From IMG/VR virus record IMGVR_UViG_3300027419_000023: a stretch of 64,000 nucleotides of DNA; one strand, given 5' to 3'. The first letter of the stretch is position 1. Every line of letters begins with the position of its first letter. This DNA comes from a virus. The notes below the pieces were generated by a model that searched no databases, was not told where the DNA came from, and saw nothing but the letters and a program-made list of their open reading frames with translations. This document shows positions 37,758-47,921 of the stretch, in pieces. The position numbers and the translations under genes are program-made.

Positions 37758-38099
37758 TTATTCTATATTATTATTAATTGAATTAAGTTGAGAAGTTAGT
37801 CTATTTATTTCGGATATAAGATAATTTTTATTATGCTGTTTACGATATTCAAGTTCCTTCTCAATTTCATCACGAGCTTGGCTAACATATTCCATAAATT
37901 TTATTACGTCAATGCATGGAAGTGGTTCAAATTCTGAATTGTGGCAAAGGAAGTAACCAGCATACCACTTATTTTCAGGATGTTTTTCTATTTTGTCTAA
38001 TATATCACGGGTTACACTTAGTTGCAATTCGTTGGTAGATAGTACAGATATAGAACATTCATTATTATTAAAATCATCTATATATATGTGATATTTCAT
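37758..38099 (-). CDS. Hypothetical protein
   Basis: ATG 38099 after GAGG. Confidence 0.5.
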   Translation of the reverse strand: MKYHIYIDDFNNNECSISVLSTNELQLSVTRDILDKIEKHPENKWYAGYFLCHNSEFEPLPCIDVIKFMEYVSQARDEIEKELEYRKQHNKNYLISEINRLTSQLNSINNNIE

Positions 38100-38116
38100 A
38101 TCATTATTCCTCTTGA

Positions 38117-38395
38117 TTAATAAATTATTGTAATAATTATACGTAATATTAATAATATTGCCATACATATACAGAATATTAGTGACAGTACTGCAAAAGT
38201 ATCCAGTAATTTCCCCCAATAGGATATGTTTTGCGGTTCGATGTCGTATAATCTTTTTGAGCATTTAGCGCAACAACCCGCGCATATTCCATACTTTTCG
38301 CATGGAATACATACTAAGCATGAATGTATTATAATACCATCTTGCATGACTATGTTATAGCAGTTTTCGCAAGCTTGATTTACGACAGGCTTCAT
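38117..38395 (-). CDS. Cys-rich membrane-anchored protein
   Basis: Several CxxC; C-terminal TM. Confidence 0.5.
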   Translation of the reverse strand: MKPVVNQACENCYNIVMQDGIIIHSCLVCIPCEKYGICAGCCAKCSKRLYDIEPQNISYWGKLLDTFAVLSLIFCICMAILLILRIIITIIY

Positions 38396-38634
38396 TAGTC
38401 ATCCCGGCATAGCAAGTCCAACTTCTCGAACATCTTTTTGAAGAGGAGGCGTCCTTGGAATCTCATAGCATCTTCTTGGTTAGCTACGATAGAGATATCG
38501 AAACCATGATTGTTAAGAACGTCACGTAGTTCCTGGAACATCTCGTTAATAGATTCTTGGGAACGTTCATCTGCAGTTTGATCGTCTGCGATTAACGTGA
38601 ATCCGCTGCCAATAATTTCACTGGCTGTTAGCAT
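38395..38634 (-). CDS. Hypothetical protein
   Basis: GGAGG SD; coupled to neighbours. Confidence 0.5.
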   Translation of the reverse strand: MLTASEIIGSGFTLIADDQTADERSQESINEMFQELRDVLNNHGFDISIVANQEDAMRFQGRLLFKKMFEKLDLLCRDD

Positions 38635-38818
38635 GCTTTGCCTCCCTGATTTTTGCTTTCAAACATTCATGACTACAGATTGGTACGTCCAAACCCATAT
38701 ATCTATATTCTGTTGGTTCTCTACATTGGCCACATGGTTCAAGCCGTCTGAATTTAACTATGCTAGGTTCGACTTCTTGGTGTAGTTCGGCCTTCGGATA
38801 TTTCTTATGGAATTTCAT
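38618..38818 (-). CDS. Small TRASH/Zn-finger-like protein
   Basis: PCGQC..ICSHEC. Confidence 0.55.
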   Translation of the reverse strand: MKFHKKYPKAELHQEVEPSIVKFRRLEPCGQCREPTEYRYMGLDVPICSHECLKAKIREAKHANSQ

Positions 38819-38839
38819 AAAGTGACCTCCTATCTTATC

Positions 38840-39097
38840 CTATCTTAGTAGCTTCAAGCAAGTATATGGAAAGTACCAGCCGCCTTGTTGATAATCCGGG
38901 CCAGGTACTTCAGGAACCTTAACAAGTATACCAGATGGTGTAATATCAAGTACGGTACCAGACTTACCAACTGACGCATCCATTTCTTCGGTCCATATAT
39001 CCCATTCGTTATCTAAAGATTTTGTGAATATGGTTACGGTGTCTCCGATTCGACAATCAAACGAACGTTGACGTCGTGAATAACCAATAGTTGTCAA
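38840..39097 (-). CDS. Small KOW/SH3-like protein
   Basis: IGDTV.I..W..EMD..VGK.G.V..WYFPYTCL. Confidence 0.6.
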   Translation of the reverse strand: MTTIGYSRRQRSFDCRIGDTVTIFTKSLDNEWDIWTEEMDASVGKSGTVLDITPSGILVKVPEVPGPDYQQGGWYFPYTCLKLLR

Positions 39098-39116
39098 TTT
39101 ATATCACCTCGATTTC

Positions 39117-39325
39117 TTACCGTATTATTCTGAGACAAGTATACGGATAGTAGAATTCATTACTATCTGCACGGATTTTTATTCCAGCACCTTGATCGTC
39201 TCCGGTTTCTACTATGATACCATATTTGCCTTTCTAAATATATGAACTATATCCCCAATTTTATGATTAAATGAACGCTCCCTTTTAGCGTATTCTCGAC
39301 TTTCTATAATGGATGGTATCGGCAT
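39117..39325 (-). pseudogene. Frameshifted, internally deleted paralogue of 38840..39097
   Basis: Frame A: ..RERSFNHKIGDIVHIFRK; -1 frame: GKYGIIVE..FYYPYTCLRIIR*. Confidence 0.65.
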
Positions 39326-39392
39326 TTTCTACACCTCATTATTTGCTTTATTTGTCCGTATAAAAAGGTTTTGGTTATAATCTCATCTTTCT

Positions 39393-41267
39393 TCATGAGA
39401 ATACGCGCCTTGGAAATTCGTATTCCCTTCTTACACGTCCCCATGCCTCAGTTTTGGTAAAATAGCCAACAATTCGCGTCATGTGGCTTACGATAGGACT
39501 GCCGCATACAGAGCATTTTTCAGAGTTGCCACAAACGGTAACGTGACCTTGTTCGCACTCGCCAAAACCGTAATTGACGGCCATATGTGAAACACCCTTG
39601 GACACCGCATACTCCACAAGATGTCTCATGACGGAAGGATCCTCAATTCTATCCTGAACATTTAAGTGCAGGATGCCGCCACCGCTGAGAATATCCTGGA
39701 ACTTGCCTGTAAGTTCTATACGCTCTGGCATAGACGCATCCAAAATTAGAGGAATATATTGGTTACTATACAATTCGAAAGGTATTTTTTCAGGACCGAA
39801 AAGTACTTTATCTTTCTCGACAAGTTTGGATGCTACACTCTCGCCTGGGATTTCCTCGACGTTAAATGAATTTCCGGTATCGATACTAGCTTGTATAGCA
39901 AACTCTTCGATAAACTTTAGGACATTCGTTGCAAATGCAGTTCCTTCTTCTGTCTGTATATCTAAGCCCATAAAGTAACATGCTTCATGGATGCCAATGA
40001 TACCGATAGTAGAGAACAATCTTTTCAGCGTAAACCAATGCATTGGATTGAAGAACTGAAGGAATCCTTGGTCAATACGGCGTTGCAATATTTCTTCCCG
40101 ATGCACGATTAGTAAGTCTCTACATATTTCAAGTTGCTTGGTCAAGTCTGCAAAAAACCTGTCCATATTTTTATTAGCCTTTAATGCAACTCTAGGTAAA
40201 TTTACTGTAACCACCCTATGAGAACCTAGATTAAGACCGCCATTTCCGAAAGAGTCTCCACGAGCTTCCATGCGGGATTTATCGCTGAGCAAGCGACAGC
40301 AACTAGCGATCTTGTTACCACTGTTCACATAAATATTGAAAGTGCCATTCTTGCAGTTGACTTTCGAGAACCATTCCAGAAATTCTGTATCTATAATTGA
40401 TTTGTCTTCTCGGCAAGCAATATTACAAGTCACTATCGGAAACCTATAGGGTAGTCCACTTGCCGGATCACCATTAGCAAACCATTCTGCGAAAGCCTTT
40501 TGTACGGAAATCACGTATTCGTAGTCAATGCTAGAACCGTCTGGATAAGTATAGTGTTCGAATAGTTTTTCTAGATTAGGCCTGTCAAAGATACTTAGGT
40601 TTGTGAATGGACTTTGCCCACCTACCCTAAACTTATTCGACATGACATGGGTAAAGCCCTGGAGCAAATTGATGATTTGATAGTTGTCTAAGTTTTCTTT
40701 CTTGGTATAGTAACATAAGTTTACTATCAAATCAGAAACCGCAATCGCGCCGGCAAAGTTTTGTGACAAATCCATGGTTGTTTCGATTACCTGTGCCATA
40801 AAGGAACTGGCTCGTTTAGGAGGCAAACTCTTCAATTGACCGTATTTTCTGCCCTCGTTCATAATGAAGGATGTTGAGTATGCCATACAGTACGGAATTT
40901 GAGTTGATGCAGCATCATGAAAATAGACTGATGAATTAAATACAGCTTTGAGCAGTTCGTTGGCTCGTTCTAAGCCAAAACGTCCCTTGGAGTAGCAATG
41001 TAACAAGTAATAAGAATTAAGTTTTGATAGACCTTTTACTATTTCCGCTGAATAATTATTATGAGAAATTTCGTCGTTTGAATTTGAGTTAGCATCTAAA
41101 CTGATGTCGGATACTTTATTTGTGAAATATTTTTTGCTCATCACTCCTATGTCCAATGCATCGCGAGAAATTCCCTCGATGTCTAGTAATGCTTTTCCTT
41201 TGTCGTTAATATTATATTTATTATATAGTTCTTCGAAATCATTATCGAATGTTGTTTGTATGCGCAT
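39393..41267 (-). CDS. nrdD: Class III anaerobic ribonucleoside-triphosphate reductase, no ATP cone
   Basis: YFHD, PYCMAY, SCCRL, VNLPR, EEIPGES, C..H..C..CG, RIVGY glycyl-radical loop. Confidence 0.95.
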   Translation of the reverse strand: MRIQTTFDNDFEELYNKYNINDKGKALLDIEGISRDALDIGVMSKKYFTNKVSDISLDANSNSNDEISHNNYSAEIVKGLSKLNSYYLLHCYSKGRFGLERANELLKAVFNSSVYFHDAASTQIPYCMAYSTSFIMNEGRKYGQLKSLPPKRASSFMAQVIETTMDLSQNFAGAIAVSDLIVNLCYYTKKENLDNYQIINLLQGFTHVMSNKFRVGGQSPFTNLSIFDRPNLEKLFEHYTYPDGSSIDYEYVISVQKAFAEWFANGDPASGLPYRFPIVTCNIACREDKSIIDTEFLEWFSKVNCKNGTFNIYVNSGNKIASCCRLLSDKSRMEARGDSFGNGGLNLGSHRVVTVNLPRVALKANKNMDRFFADLTKQLEICRDLLIVHREEILQRRIDQGFLQFFNPMHWFTLKRLFSTIGIIGIHEACYFMGLDIQTEEGTAFATNVLKFIEEFAIQASIDTGNSFNVEEIPGESVASKLVEKDKVLFGPEKIPFELYSNQYIPLILDASMPERIELTGKFQDILSGGGILHLNVQDRIEDPSVMRHLVEYAVSKGVSHMAVNYGFGECEQGHVTVCGNSEKCSVCGSPIVSHMTRIVGYFTKTEAWGRVRREYEFPRRVFS

Positions 41268-41721
41268 TATTATTCTTCCTGAAGTCTTGATTAGTTAATT
41301 TTCCATGGTCCCAAATTCGTTGGTTATTTGATGCAGGAAATCCAGACGTTTTCAATTCTTGAATGTATGGGCCATCCACGATAATGTCAATGGCTTCTTT
41401 GATGTTGTCCGGAATTTCCTCGTATAAAAAGCCTGTATATAAAATAGAAGGTAATTTACAGTTAGTTGATAGAGTATTTAAAGCTTTTGGCTGATAGACG
41501 GGATCTCCTCCAGTGAAGACTACACTATCATAGAAACCTTGGTACCGTTCCAAATGACTTAAAATGTCATTGGTGTCTAGGTCGTGACCATACGAAAAGT
41601 CTTGTAGTTCAGGATTCTGGCATCCGGGACAGGCATGACGGCAGCCGGAAAAGAATACTTCATACGAGATACCGATGCCATTTATGGTGCCTACGTTGGT
41701 ACCCGCGCATCTAAATTTCAT
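41242..41721 (-). CDS. nrdG: Anaerobic RNR activase (radical SAM)
   Basis: GCRHACPGCQNP, TGGDP, YTG, VDGPY, SNNQR. Confidence 0.93.
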   Translation of the reverse strand: MKFRCAGTNVGTINGIGISYEVFFSGCRHACPGCQNPELQDFSYGHDLDTNDILSHLERYQGFYDSVVFTGGDPVYQPKALNTLSTNCKLPSILYTGFLYEEIPDNIKEAIDIIVDGPYIQELKTSGFPASNNQRIWDHGKLTNQDFRKNNNAHTNNIR

Positions 41722-41871
41722 AGGATCCCAACTATAATATATTAGTATCTATTCGTATTACTTTCAGAGGTTTACCTAGTTTCTTCTCTAGAAATTTGTC
41801 CACGTCTTCCGTGGTAGAGAAGTTTTTAATCCTAGTTCCGTATTTATCTTCGAAAAAAATAGTTTTCATGG

Positions 41872-42066
41872 TCACCTAGCTTTATCAATACTAACAGCCA
41901 TGACGTTAATAGCGGAACCTAACATATTAGCATACTGGTTTAATTCCTCGGAATTGTTGTCCAGTACCCAAAGCAACGATAAAATAGTAATGAAGTTTGT
42001 TAGGTTGTCTCCTCCACTGCTAGAGAGTTCCTTGATATGGTCCCGGATTTCCTGTTCGGTTTTCAT
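41872..42066 (-). CDS. Hypothetical protein
   Basis: MKTEQEIR..L.WVL; GAGG SD. Confidence 0.5.
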   Translation of the reverse strand: MKTEQEIRDHIKELSSSGGDNLTNFITILSLLWVLDNNSEELNQYANMLGSAINVMAVSIDKAR

Positions 42067-42076
42067 GTTGTGTGCC

Positions 42077-42367
42077 TCAAATTACTATATTCAACTGGCA
42101 ATTATTCATATTTTCCCAACGCAAATTAAATACGCAATTAACGTTATTATTACTGTCTTGGCTAATATCGCATATATATGCATCTATTCTGGGATCTATA
42201 TCAGTATACCAATCTGGAGCATAACAACACCATCTAAAATTACCTGGATCGGATTTAATTATTTCCTTTATTGTATTAATATTATTATAAGTATTTTTTA
42301 GATGATTAATGTATCCAGATAAATGTATTATTGCATGGTTAAGTGTTCTTCTAGAATTTATGTCCAT
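42077..42367 (-). CDS. Hypothetical protein
   Basis: Follows dUTPase. Confidence 0.45.
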   Translation of the reverse strand: MDINSRRTLNHAIIHLSGYINHLKNTYNNINTIKEIIKSDPGNFRWCCYAPDWYTDIDPRIDAYICDISQDSNNNVNCVFNLRWENMNNCQLNIVI

Positions 42368-42368
42368 T

Positions 42369-42890
42369 TCATAATCCCTCTCCCTGATAGGCTCCATTAT
42401 ATAGTACTTCTGACTCTTTATTTAGCTTCATGAAGACAATCTGCAAGAGCTTGGCGTTCGGAAAGATCTGGATGCCTTGCGTATTATGGACTACTAGCAT
42501 GCATTGACTGCGACCTTTGTAGCCTGGGTCCCATACGGAGGTTTCCATTGTGGCTCCCATGCGGAGTAGACTTGATCTCGGTCTAGCAATGCCCATGCAG
42601 TCAGACGGCACCGAAACAACTTCATTGAAGGTAATAAGATAACATCCTGTGGGTAGTTGCCAGCTCTCTGATTTCTTACTAATTTCCCAAGTTTGCCTGA
42701 TCTTGCCGGCTTCCTCTAGTCTTGGTAACGACCGTTGAGAATTATCGAAGTCTATGGTGCCACGACCCTTATACATCTCGATTTTTGAAACGGTAAGATC
42801 AACTCCACAAGGTTGAACTTGCTTTACTGGGTCAATAAGTTCGGATACGATGCCTTGCTCTAAAATTTGTTGTCCAGTTAAAATTGTCAT
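42369..42890 (-). CDS. dut: Archaeal-type trimeric dUTPase (dCTP-deaminase fold)
   Basis: QVQPCGVDLT, RPRSSLLR.G, VWDPGYKG, Y.G.YQ; lacks the deaminase ExxN pattern. Confidence 0.85.
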   Translation of the reverse strand: MTILTGQQILEQGIVSELIDPVKQVQPCGVDLTVSKIEMYKGRGTIDFDNSQRSLPRLEEAGKIRQTWEISKKSESWQLPTGCYLITFNEVVSVPSDCMGIARPRSSLLRMGATMETSVWDPGYKGRSQCMLVVHNTQGIQIFPNAKLLQIVFMKLNKESEVLYNGAYQGEGL

Positions 42891-43324
42891 TGCTTTAAGT
42901 CCTCGTTATTGTAGTAATACTTCATAAAATATGGTAATCCTTTATTATACAACGATGCTATTGGAGTATAAATTCCTGTATTGATATTTAGAAGTCCGGG
43001 AGGATTCGCAGAATTCCCATCTTTATCTGGTTCAACATCTAATAATACCGTAGTTGATAATTCGCCTTTTGGTACAGATTTCAACATCCATAGGCGTTTT
43101 ACTGTATTGTTCTCCTTGGATAATTCTTTATAGATTAGTCCGGAAATTTCGGTCCAGTTCGGATATTCTCGGAAATAAACTGGTTCAAAATCTTGATATG
43201 CTGGGTCCCACTGTAGTTGCATGTATTGACAACCGCAGTAACCCATGCCACCGTTGCTTAGTTCGTCGTTGATTTGGTCACTAGTTGTTAAGTTGCCACA
43301 CGATTCGCATACGTAGTATTTCAT
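42887..43324 (-). CDS. Zn-ribbon-containing hypothetical protein
   Basis: CESCG..CGC. Confidence 0.55.
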   Translation of the reverse strand: MKYYVCESCGNLTTSDQINDELSNGGMGYCGCQYMQLQWDPAYQDFEPVYFREYPNWTEISGLIYKELSKENNTVKRLWMLKSVPKGELSTTVLLDVEPDKDGNSANPPGLLNINTGIYTPIASLYNKGLPYFMKYYYNNEDLKQ

Positions 43325-43683
43325 AGGGAATCTCCTTGTGTATTGATTATAGAATATTGTATAGCGCCTCTAGGTCTATCAGGTCCTAATGTTATACTTC
43401 TTGATAACCTTGGTTTGAAATATTTACCAACTCGACTACACTTATCTCTTTTCATACCAAACAGTAGTTCAATGTATTCTTTAAAATCTTTTGAAACTTC
43501 TCGTTCACTATCACAATTTAATGCTAGTTTATATGATAGATACTCTAAATTACCCGATACGGGATTAATTTCTTTTTTAGTTTTCCTCATGCACCTATAT
43601 ATACGTTTGGAACTTAATGGTATGCATATACTATGAACACAATTATTACACGGATTTATTTGGGTATTCGAAACGGATGCCAT
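43321..43683 (-). CDS. Small Cys-rich protein (family with 17216 and 49820)
   Basis: CNNC.H..C..NPVSG..LNCDSER..DKC..GKYF.P. Confidence 0.55.
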   Translation of the reverse strand: MASVSNTQINPCNNCVHSICIPLSSKRIYRCMRKTKKEINPVSGNLEYLSYKLALNCDSEREVSKDFKEYIELLFGMKRDKCSRVGKYFKPRLSRSITLGPDRPRGAIQYSIINTQGDSL

Positions 43684-43856
43684 GAAAATCATTCCTAATT
43701 ATTCATCACCGTTATGGATTTCAGGTGCGCAAAAATATTCAATATCGGATTCTCGTTCTAATCTAACATAACAACCTGTACTATATGCATGCGACAGAGC
43801 TGTTAAGTAATCATGTCTGTTCCTGACTATAATAACTGGTAAATCTTCTTCCATAA

Positions 43857-44474
43857 TCACCAAGACTCCAAAAGTTGTTTTGCCTTCCTCGGTAAGTTCT
43901 GCAATGCTTCTAACGGCGTAGCATACTCTTTTTGCAGTGTTAATAAAGTTTGCGGTCCAATACCAGGCAGCTCTGCAATCCACTCTAAAGGAGATCCTGC
44001 TTTGATGGCTGGTTTAGGTTCGTCTAGTTTCAACAAATAATTATATATATGGATTAGACGCCAAATTGACTCTTCCAAATTCATTGTGTGAAAGAGCTTG
44101 GTGCCCATGTCTTGCTGATGAGTTAAGAAATTGCTCATAGTTCGATACGGCATACGGGCCTTTAATTGGGTACCTTCTCTAAGCCAGACCATACCTTGTG
44201 AAACAACATAAGTACCTTCCAGTAAGAGACCAGTCCTTTCATAGTCTAGCTTGCGCATACGGGCTAATCGAGATTTTAGTTCCCGATAGGACCCACAGAA
44301 ATCCGCAATGCTTTTTCGCTCAATCAAAAAGGTATGGCTACCGTTTTCCAACAAGTAGTCGGCTAAGGGAAGACACTTAAATTCGAAAGGAGGTACGTCT
44401 TCCCCCAGTATGGATGTAGCTAATAGGTCCTTAATCTGAGGGATGAGATGTTCCCTGGTATCTACGGTTATCAT
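43857..44474 (-). CDS. ERCC4/XPF-family structure-specific nuclease with HhH
   Basis: VDTRE, L.LADY, IERKS..DF, LLLEG, LPGIGP. Confidence 0.88.
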   Translation of the reverse strand: MITVDTREHLIPQIKDLLATSILGEDVPPFEFKCLPLADYLLENGSHTFLIERKSIADFCGSYRELKSRLARMRKLDYERTGLLLEGTYVVSQGMVWLREGTQLKARMPYRTMSNFLTHQQDMGTKLFHTMNLEESIWRLIHIYNYLLKLDEPKPAIKAGSPLEWIAELPGIGPQTLLTLQKEYATPLEALQNLPRKAKQLLESW

Positions 44475-44758
44475 GCGGAAGACCAGGCAAAAGTGTAATG
44501 TGTGCCACAGGACGTATCACTAGGGCAGAACCTAATCGCAGACTTATCAGTACGATCATTGAGTATGTCTTCTGGCTGTTCTGTTATACGGTAATTTATT
44601 CTATTAAAGCATTCTGGATCGGCTAATTGTATGATTTTAGTATTCGAACATCCTATGAGGGTCTTACATTCCTTGCAATAGAAATCGGTAATATTAACCG
44701 GATGTATAAGCCAATTATTTTGCTTGCCACAAACATGGCAAATATAATTGAAGTACGT
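44471..44758 (-). CDS. Zn-ribbon protein
   Basis: CHVCG..CKEC; GGAGGT SD places the start near ACG 44758. Confidence 0.5.
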   Translation of the reverse strand, partial: TYFNYICHVCGKQNNWLIHPVNITDFYCKECKTLIGCSNTKIIQLADPECFNRINYRITEQPEDILNDRTDKSAIRFCPSDTSCGTHYTFAWSSA

Positions 44759-44784
44759 TATAATACCTCCCAAAAAAATTATTG

Positions 44785-44937
44785 CTAAGCTACCTTCTCG
44801 TATAGTTTTATTTCACGTCCATTAGAATAACCTATTGGTACATGATATTCCTTGCAAGCATACTCAGAAATATTAACGGTATCTACTATCCAAGAATTAA
44901 CGTAATTGCATTTTAAGCAACGAAATTCGAAGATCAT
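44785..44937 (-). CDS. Short paralogue of 44471..44758
   Basis: Manual translation MIFEFRCLKCNYVNSWIVDTVNISEYACKEYHVPIGYSN.. Confidence 0.5.
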   Translation of the reverse strand: MIFEFRCLKCNYVNSWIVDTVNISEYACKEYHVPIGYSNGREIKLYEKVA

Positions 44938-45977
44938 GAAGTTACTCCTTTCCATTTTAATACTTGATCATTTATCGAAACACCCCAATTTGCAATATCG
45001 ATAAATATATTATTATTAATATAATCTTCTACATCAGTTATATCATTTCCATACATTATAATAAGTTTCTCAGTTGGGTATAACTCATGAAATAAAGTCA
45101 TTTTCTTTTTTGCTATATCTGTTACAAACCCTTTAACTTCTATCCATAAAGAGTACTCAGGAAGCCAAAAATCTGGAAAATACGTACCTGCTATACCTAA
45201 TCCATAGCCAATACCTTCATAATTCCATTCTATATGTAGTAGATCTAGTAAAGTGGCTAGTCTAGTTTCAAAACTTGATCTAAGCCAGACTACGGTATTA
45301 TCTAATTTTGTATAATGTCCTCCCTTTCCATGACCAGATCCTGGATACGCTGGTTTTCCAAATTGTGGATTATTAGGACCAGTCATCTTTTCTTTTATTT
45401 CAGGTAAACTTTTTGTTGCTTTTATTCGTTCCTTAATATCTGTTGTCTCGTATAACAATTTCTGACGTTTTGACATTTCAATTTTCTGTTCTTCAGTTAC
45501 GATATGAGAACGCCCTATAGAAGCTTGGCGTATCTTTTCTATTGCTTCTGGGGTATGATGTTTTCCATACAAAGGATGTTTTTCACCGGAACGATCAAAA
45601 GAAAATTTTTGTTTTTGTTCATCTGACCATTTATAACTACCTAGATTCGGAGTATCTTCTTTTGTGCATCCTTTATTCCACGGAATATGTCCTTTTTGAA
45701 AATGATTGTCTTTATTCTTCTCAGCTATACGAGCAACTCTTTCATCAGTTTCTTTAGTTAAGCCTTTACTCCAGCCAATACGTCGTCTGTTTGGCTTTAA
45801 TATACCATATTTTCTAATATAATATCTTACATTACCGGCACTATCATTGCATATCATAGCAATTTCTTTCGGACTAAGATCTTTCACTATATAATGATCA
45901 TATAACCATTCTTTATTATTAAGAGGATGACTTTTATTATTTTTAATTCTACCTGCCGCATTTCCCATATTAAACAC
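44934..45977 (-). CDS. NUMOD3 + PD-(D/E)XK putative homing endonuclease (copy 4)
   Basis: KEWLY..Y, KGLTKETDERV, HPLYGKHHT, GKPAYPGSGHG, WLRSSFE, PDFWLPE, IEVKG. Confidence 0.8.
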   Translation of the reverse strand: MFNMGNAAGRIKNNKSHPLNNKEWLYDHYIVKDLSPKEIAMICNDSAGNVRYYIRKYGILKPNRRRIGWSKGLTKETDERVARIAEKNKDNHFQKGHIPWNKGCTKEDTPNLGSYKWSDEQKQKFSFDRSGEKHPLYGKHHTPEAIEKIRQASIGRSHIVTEEQKIEMSKRQKLLYETTDIKERIKATKSLPEIKEKMTGPNNPQFGKPAYPGSGHGKGGHYTKLDNTVVWLRSSFETRLATLLDLLHIEWNYEGIGYGLGIAGTYFPDFWLPEYSLWIEVKGFVTDIAKKKMTLFHELYPTEKLIIMYGNDITDVEDYINNNIFIDIANWGVSINDQVLKWKGVTS

Positions 45978-46790
45978 TTACCAAAATGGTCGAGGTATCT
46001 TTGCTGCTGCTAATACATTTTCTGGCGTAGGATCAATAACTTCTGTTTGATAGTCGGAATTTTGTGGCTCGAAATCATGTCCTGTTGAATGTATTAACGC
46101 AACTTGATGTTTTTGGCCGTCTGATGTACTTCTATGAATTAATTCTATACTACAATCTGAATTAAATTCAGTTGACGTGGGATAAACCAGAGGTACCTTG
46201 TTGCCCGTTTCAAATTCCTTGGTTGTGCGATGAATTACGAGAACGTTCGCAAAGTTCTGGATGGCTGTGATTTGAGATGACATAGCTTGCGTTATGAGTC
46301 CAAATTCTTGTTGGCTTGGCCACTTTCTCTTATTAGCCGTAATGTAATGCACGATTTCCATAGCACGCCACCTATAGGAGTCGTCGAGTACGACCCATAC
46401 TTTACCGGAATTTGGTATAGCGGCTATATCTTCGGCATAGAACTTTGCCTTTTCTATAGCAGTTTGAAACTCTTCCCAGGACTTGGGAAAGTGATACTGG
46501 TTTTTGTAGTCGAAGCCATCGATCTTAGGTTTCCAGACTAATGAGTTGTCAGGCTTTCTTAGTGGCGAGAATAATGACCGGAATCCTTCACCGACACTCC
46601 TAGATAAAGCAATCTGGTCAATTTCAACTTTTCCGAAGCTAAGTTTTGCCGGGGGAAAATCGATTACGATAGCGTTGGGAAAGTTTGCCCCGAAATAAGT
46701 TTTACCAATTTTTGTGTCCGCATACAATGATACTAGTAATGGATATGCCACTTCTCCAGCGGAAAGTCCTTCGATAGTAATTTCAGTCAT
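45978..46790 (-). CDS. AAA_24 / Sak4-like recombination ATPase
   Basis: LYADTKIGKT, VVLDD, LVIH. Confidence 0.65.
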   Translation of the reverse strand: MTEITIEGLSAGEVAYPLLVSLYADTKIGKTYFGANFPNAIVIDFPPAKLSFGKVEIDQIALSRSVGEGFRSLFSPLRKPDNSLVWKPKIDGFDYKNQYHFPKSWEEFQTAIEKAKFYAEDIAAIPNSGKVWVVLDDSYRWRAMEIVHYITANKRKWPSQQEFGLITQAMSSQITAIQNFANVLVIHRTTKEFETGNKVPLVYPTSTEFNSDCSIELIHRSTSDGQKHQVALIHSTGHDFEPQNSDYQTEVIDPTPENVLAAAKIPRPFW

Positions 46791-47150
46791 TATTAACTCC
46801 TTGCTAAACTTTTATGATTGACGTTATTAATTCAGATATTGATAATAACATCATGTATTCGTATTTATCATAATCGAAAAAATATTCTATTGATCCGATT
46901 ATTAACGTGATAAATGATAAATAAAATAAAAAATAATTCTGGACTTCTATCATCAGTTCTTGCCTCCCAAATCTTTCTGTAGTTTTCTATTCTTAATTTC
47001 TAATTCTATAATTCGGGTAATGGCTTGACTTACTGTTTCGCCTTCGCGACAAAGATAATTTCGGACATCATTTTCATTATAATTAATGGTAATCTGAGAC
47101 ATTTTCTACCTCCCTGTATTATTTAAATAAATTATTAAAAGTAAGGCTAT

Positions 47151-47921
47151 TTAAGCCTCACTGAAATCAAGTGTCTTTCCGTCGGTCGTATACTTTATGT
47201 TCTTCATGATTTCCTGCCAAGCTGCAGTAGTCTCCGCGTAGGATCCGAATTGACCGGAGCCATAGAGGTCAACTACGTCACGCTTTGGTCTGCCCTGGAA
47301 GTTTGCCTTCAGGAACTCAAGCATCTGCTTGGCCCTTTCGGAAAGAGCTTCCTTGCCTTTTACGATAGGCTTGGCAAGCTCCTTTTTCATGACGGATTCT
47401 GGATCAATCTGGCTGTAGCCCTTTACCTTCTTAATGGAAAGGACGTACTTGTCACCGGGCTTGAATAGATCGCCCATGACTAGTTCATCGCCAGTCTCCA
47501 CTGGGATACCGGTTGCTCGTGCAATAAACTCTGTGAGAGTTCTGCCAGCTCCGTCGATTGGCTGCTTTGCCGCGTTATAATTCTGGATTGGGAAAGTAGC
47601 GCCCTGCTTCATTTCAGTGCCTGTCTTCGGGTCAACGAACACGAACCTGTACTGATCCACGAAAGATGCTTTGATTCTCGGAGTGTCAGTAGACTTTCTA
47701 GGTGGCCAGAACTCATCAGTTTGAGAGTCTACGACAGCCTTCTGTTCTGCGGTAAGGGTTTCGTATTCCTTGTTGGAAACTTCTTTAATGCTGCGAATGC
47801 CTTCCTTGAACAAGACTACCATGTTCTCGCGGACGATATCTTTGAGTTCAACTTCGTACTGACCCTCGGCTAGACCCTGTCCCTTTACAACAACCTTTTC
47901 ATTCCATGCTGAATTACTCAT
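47151..47921 (-). CDS. Putative single-stranded DNA-binding protein
   Basis: L.EG.Y.V N-terminus typical of phage OB-fold SSBs; near Sak4-like gene; biased codon usage suggests high expression. Confidence 0.5.
   Translation of the reverse strand: MSNSAWNEKVVVKGQGLAEGQYEVELKDIVRENMVVLFKEGIRSIKEVSNKEYETLTAEQKAVVDSQTDEFWPPRKSTDTPRIKASFVDQYRFVFVDPKTGTEMKQGATFPIQNYNAAKQPIDGAGRTLTEFIARATGIPVETGDELVMGDLFKPGDKYVLSIKKVKGYSQIDPESVMKKELAKPIVKGKEALSERAKQMLEFLKANFQGRPKRDVVDLYGSGQFGSYAETTAAWQEIMKNIKYTTDGKTLDFSEA

Noticed and set aside
43857-47175. PIP-like tails on the ERCC4 nuclease (KQLLESW) and putative SSB (KTLDF)
   Set aside because: These are weaker matches than the LFx(F/Y) motif on PolB, the clamp loader and the DpdAs. 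They are possible but not supportable by eye.
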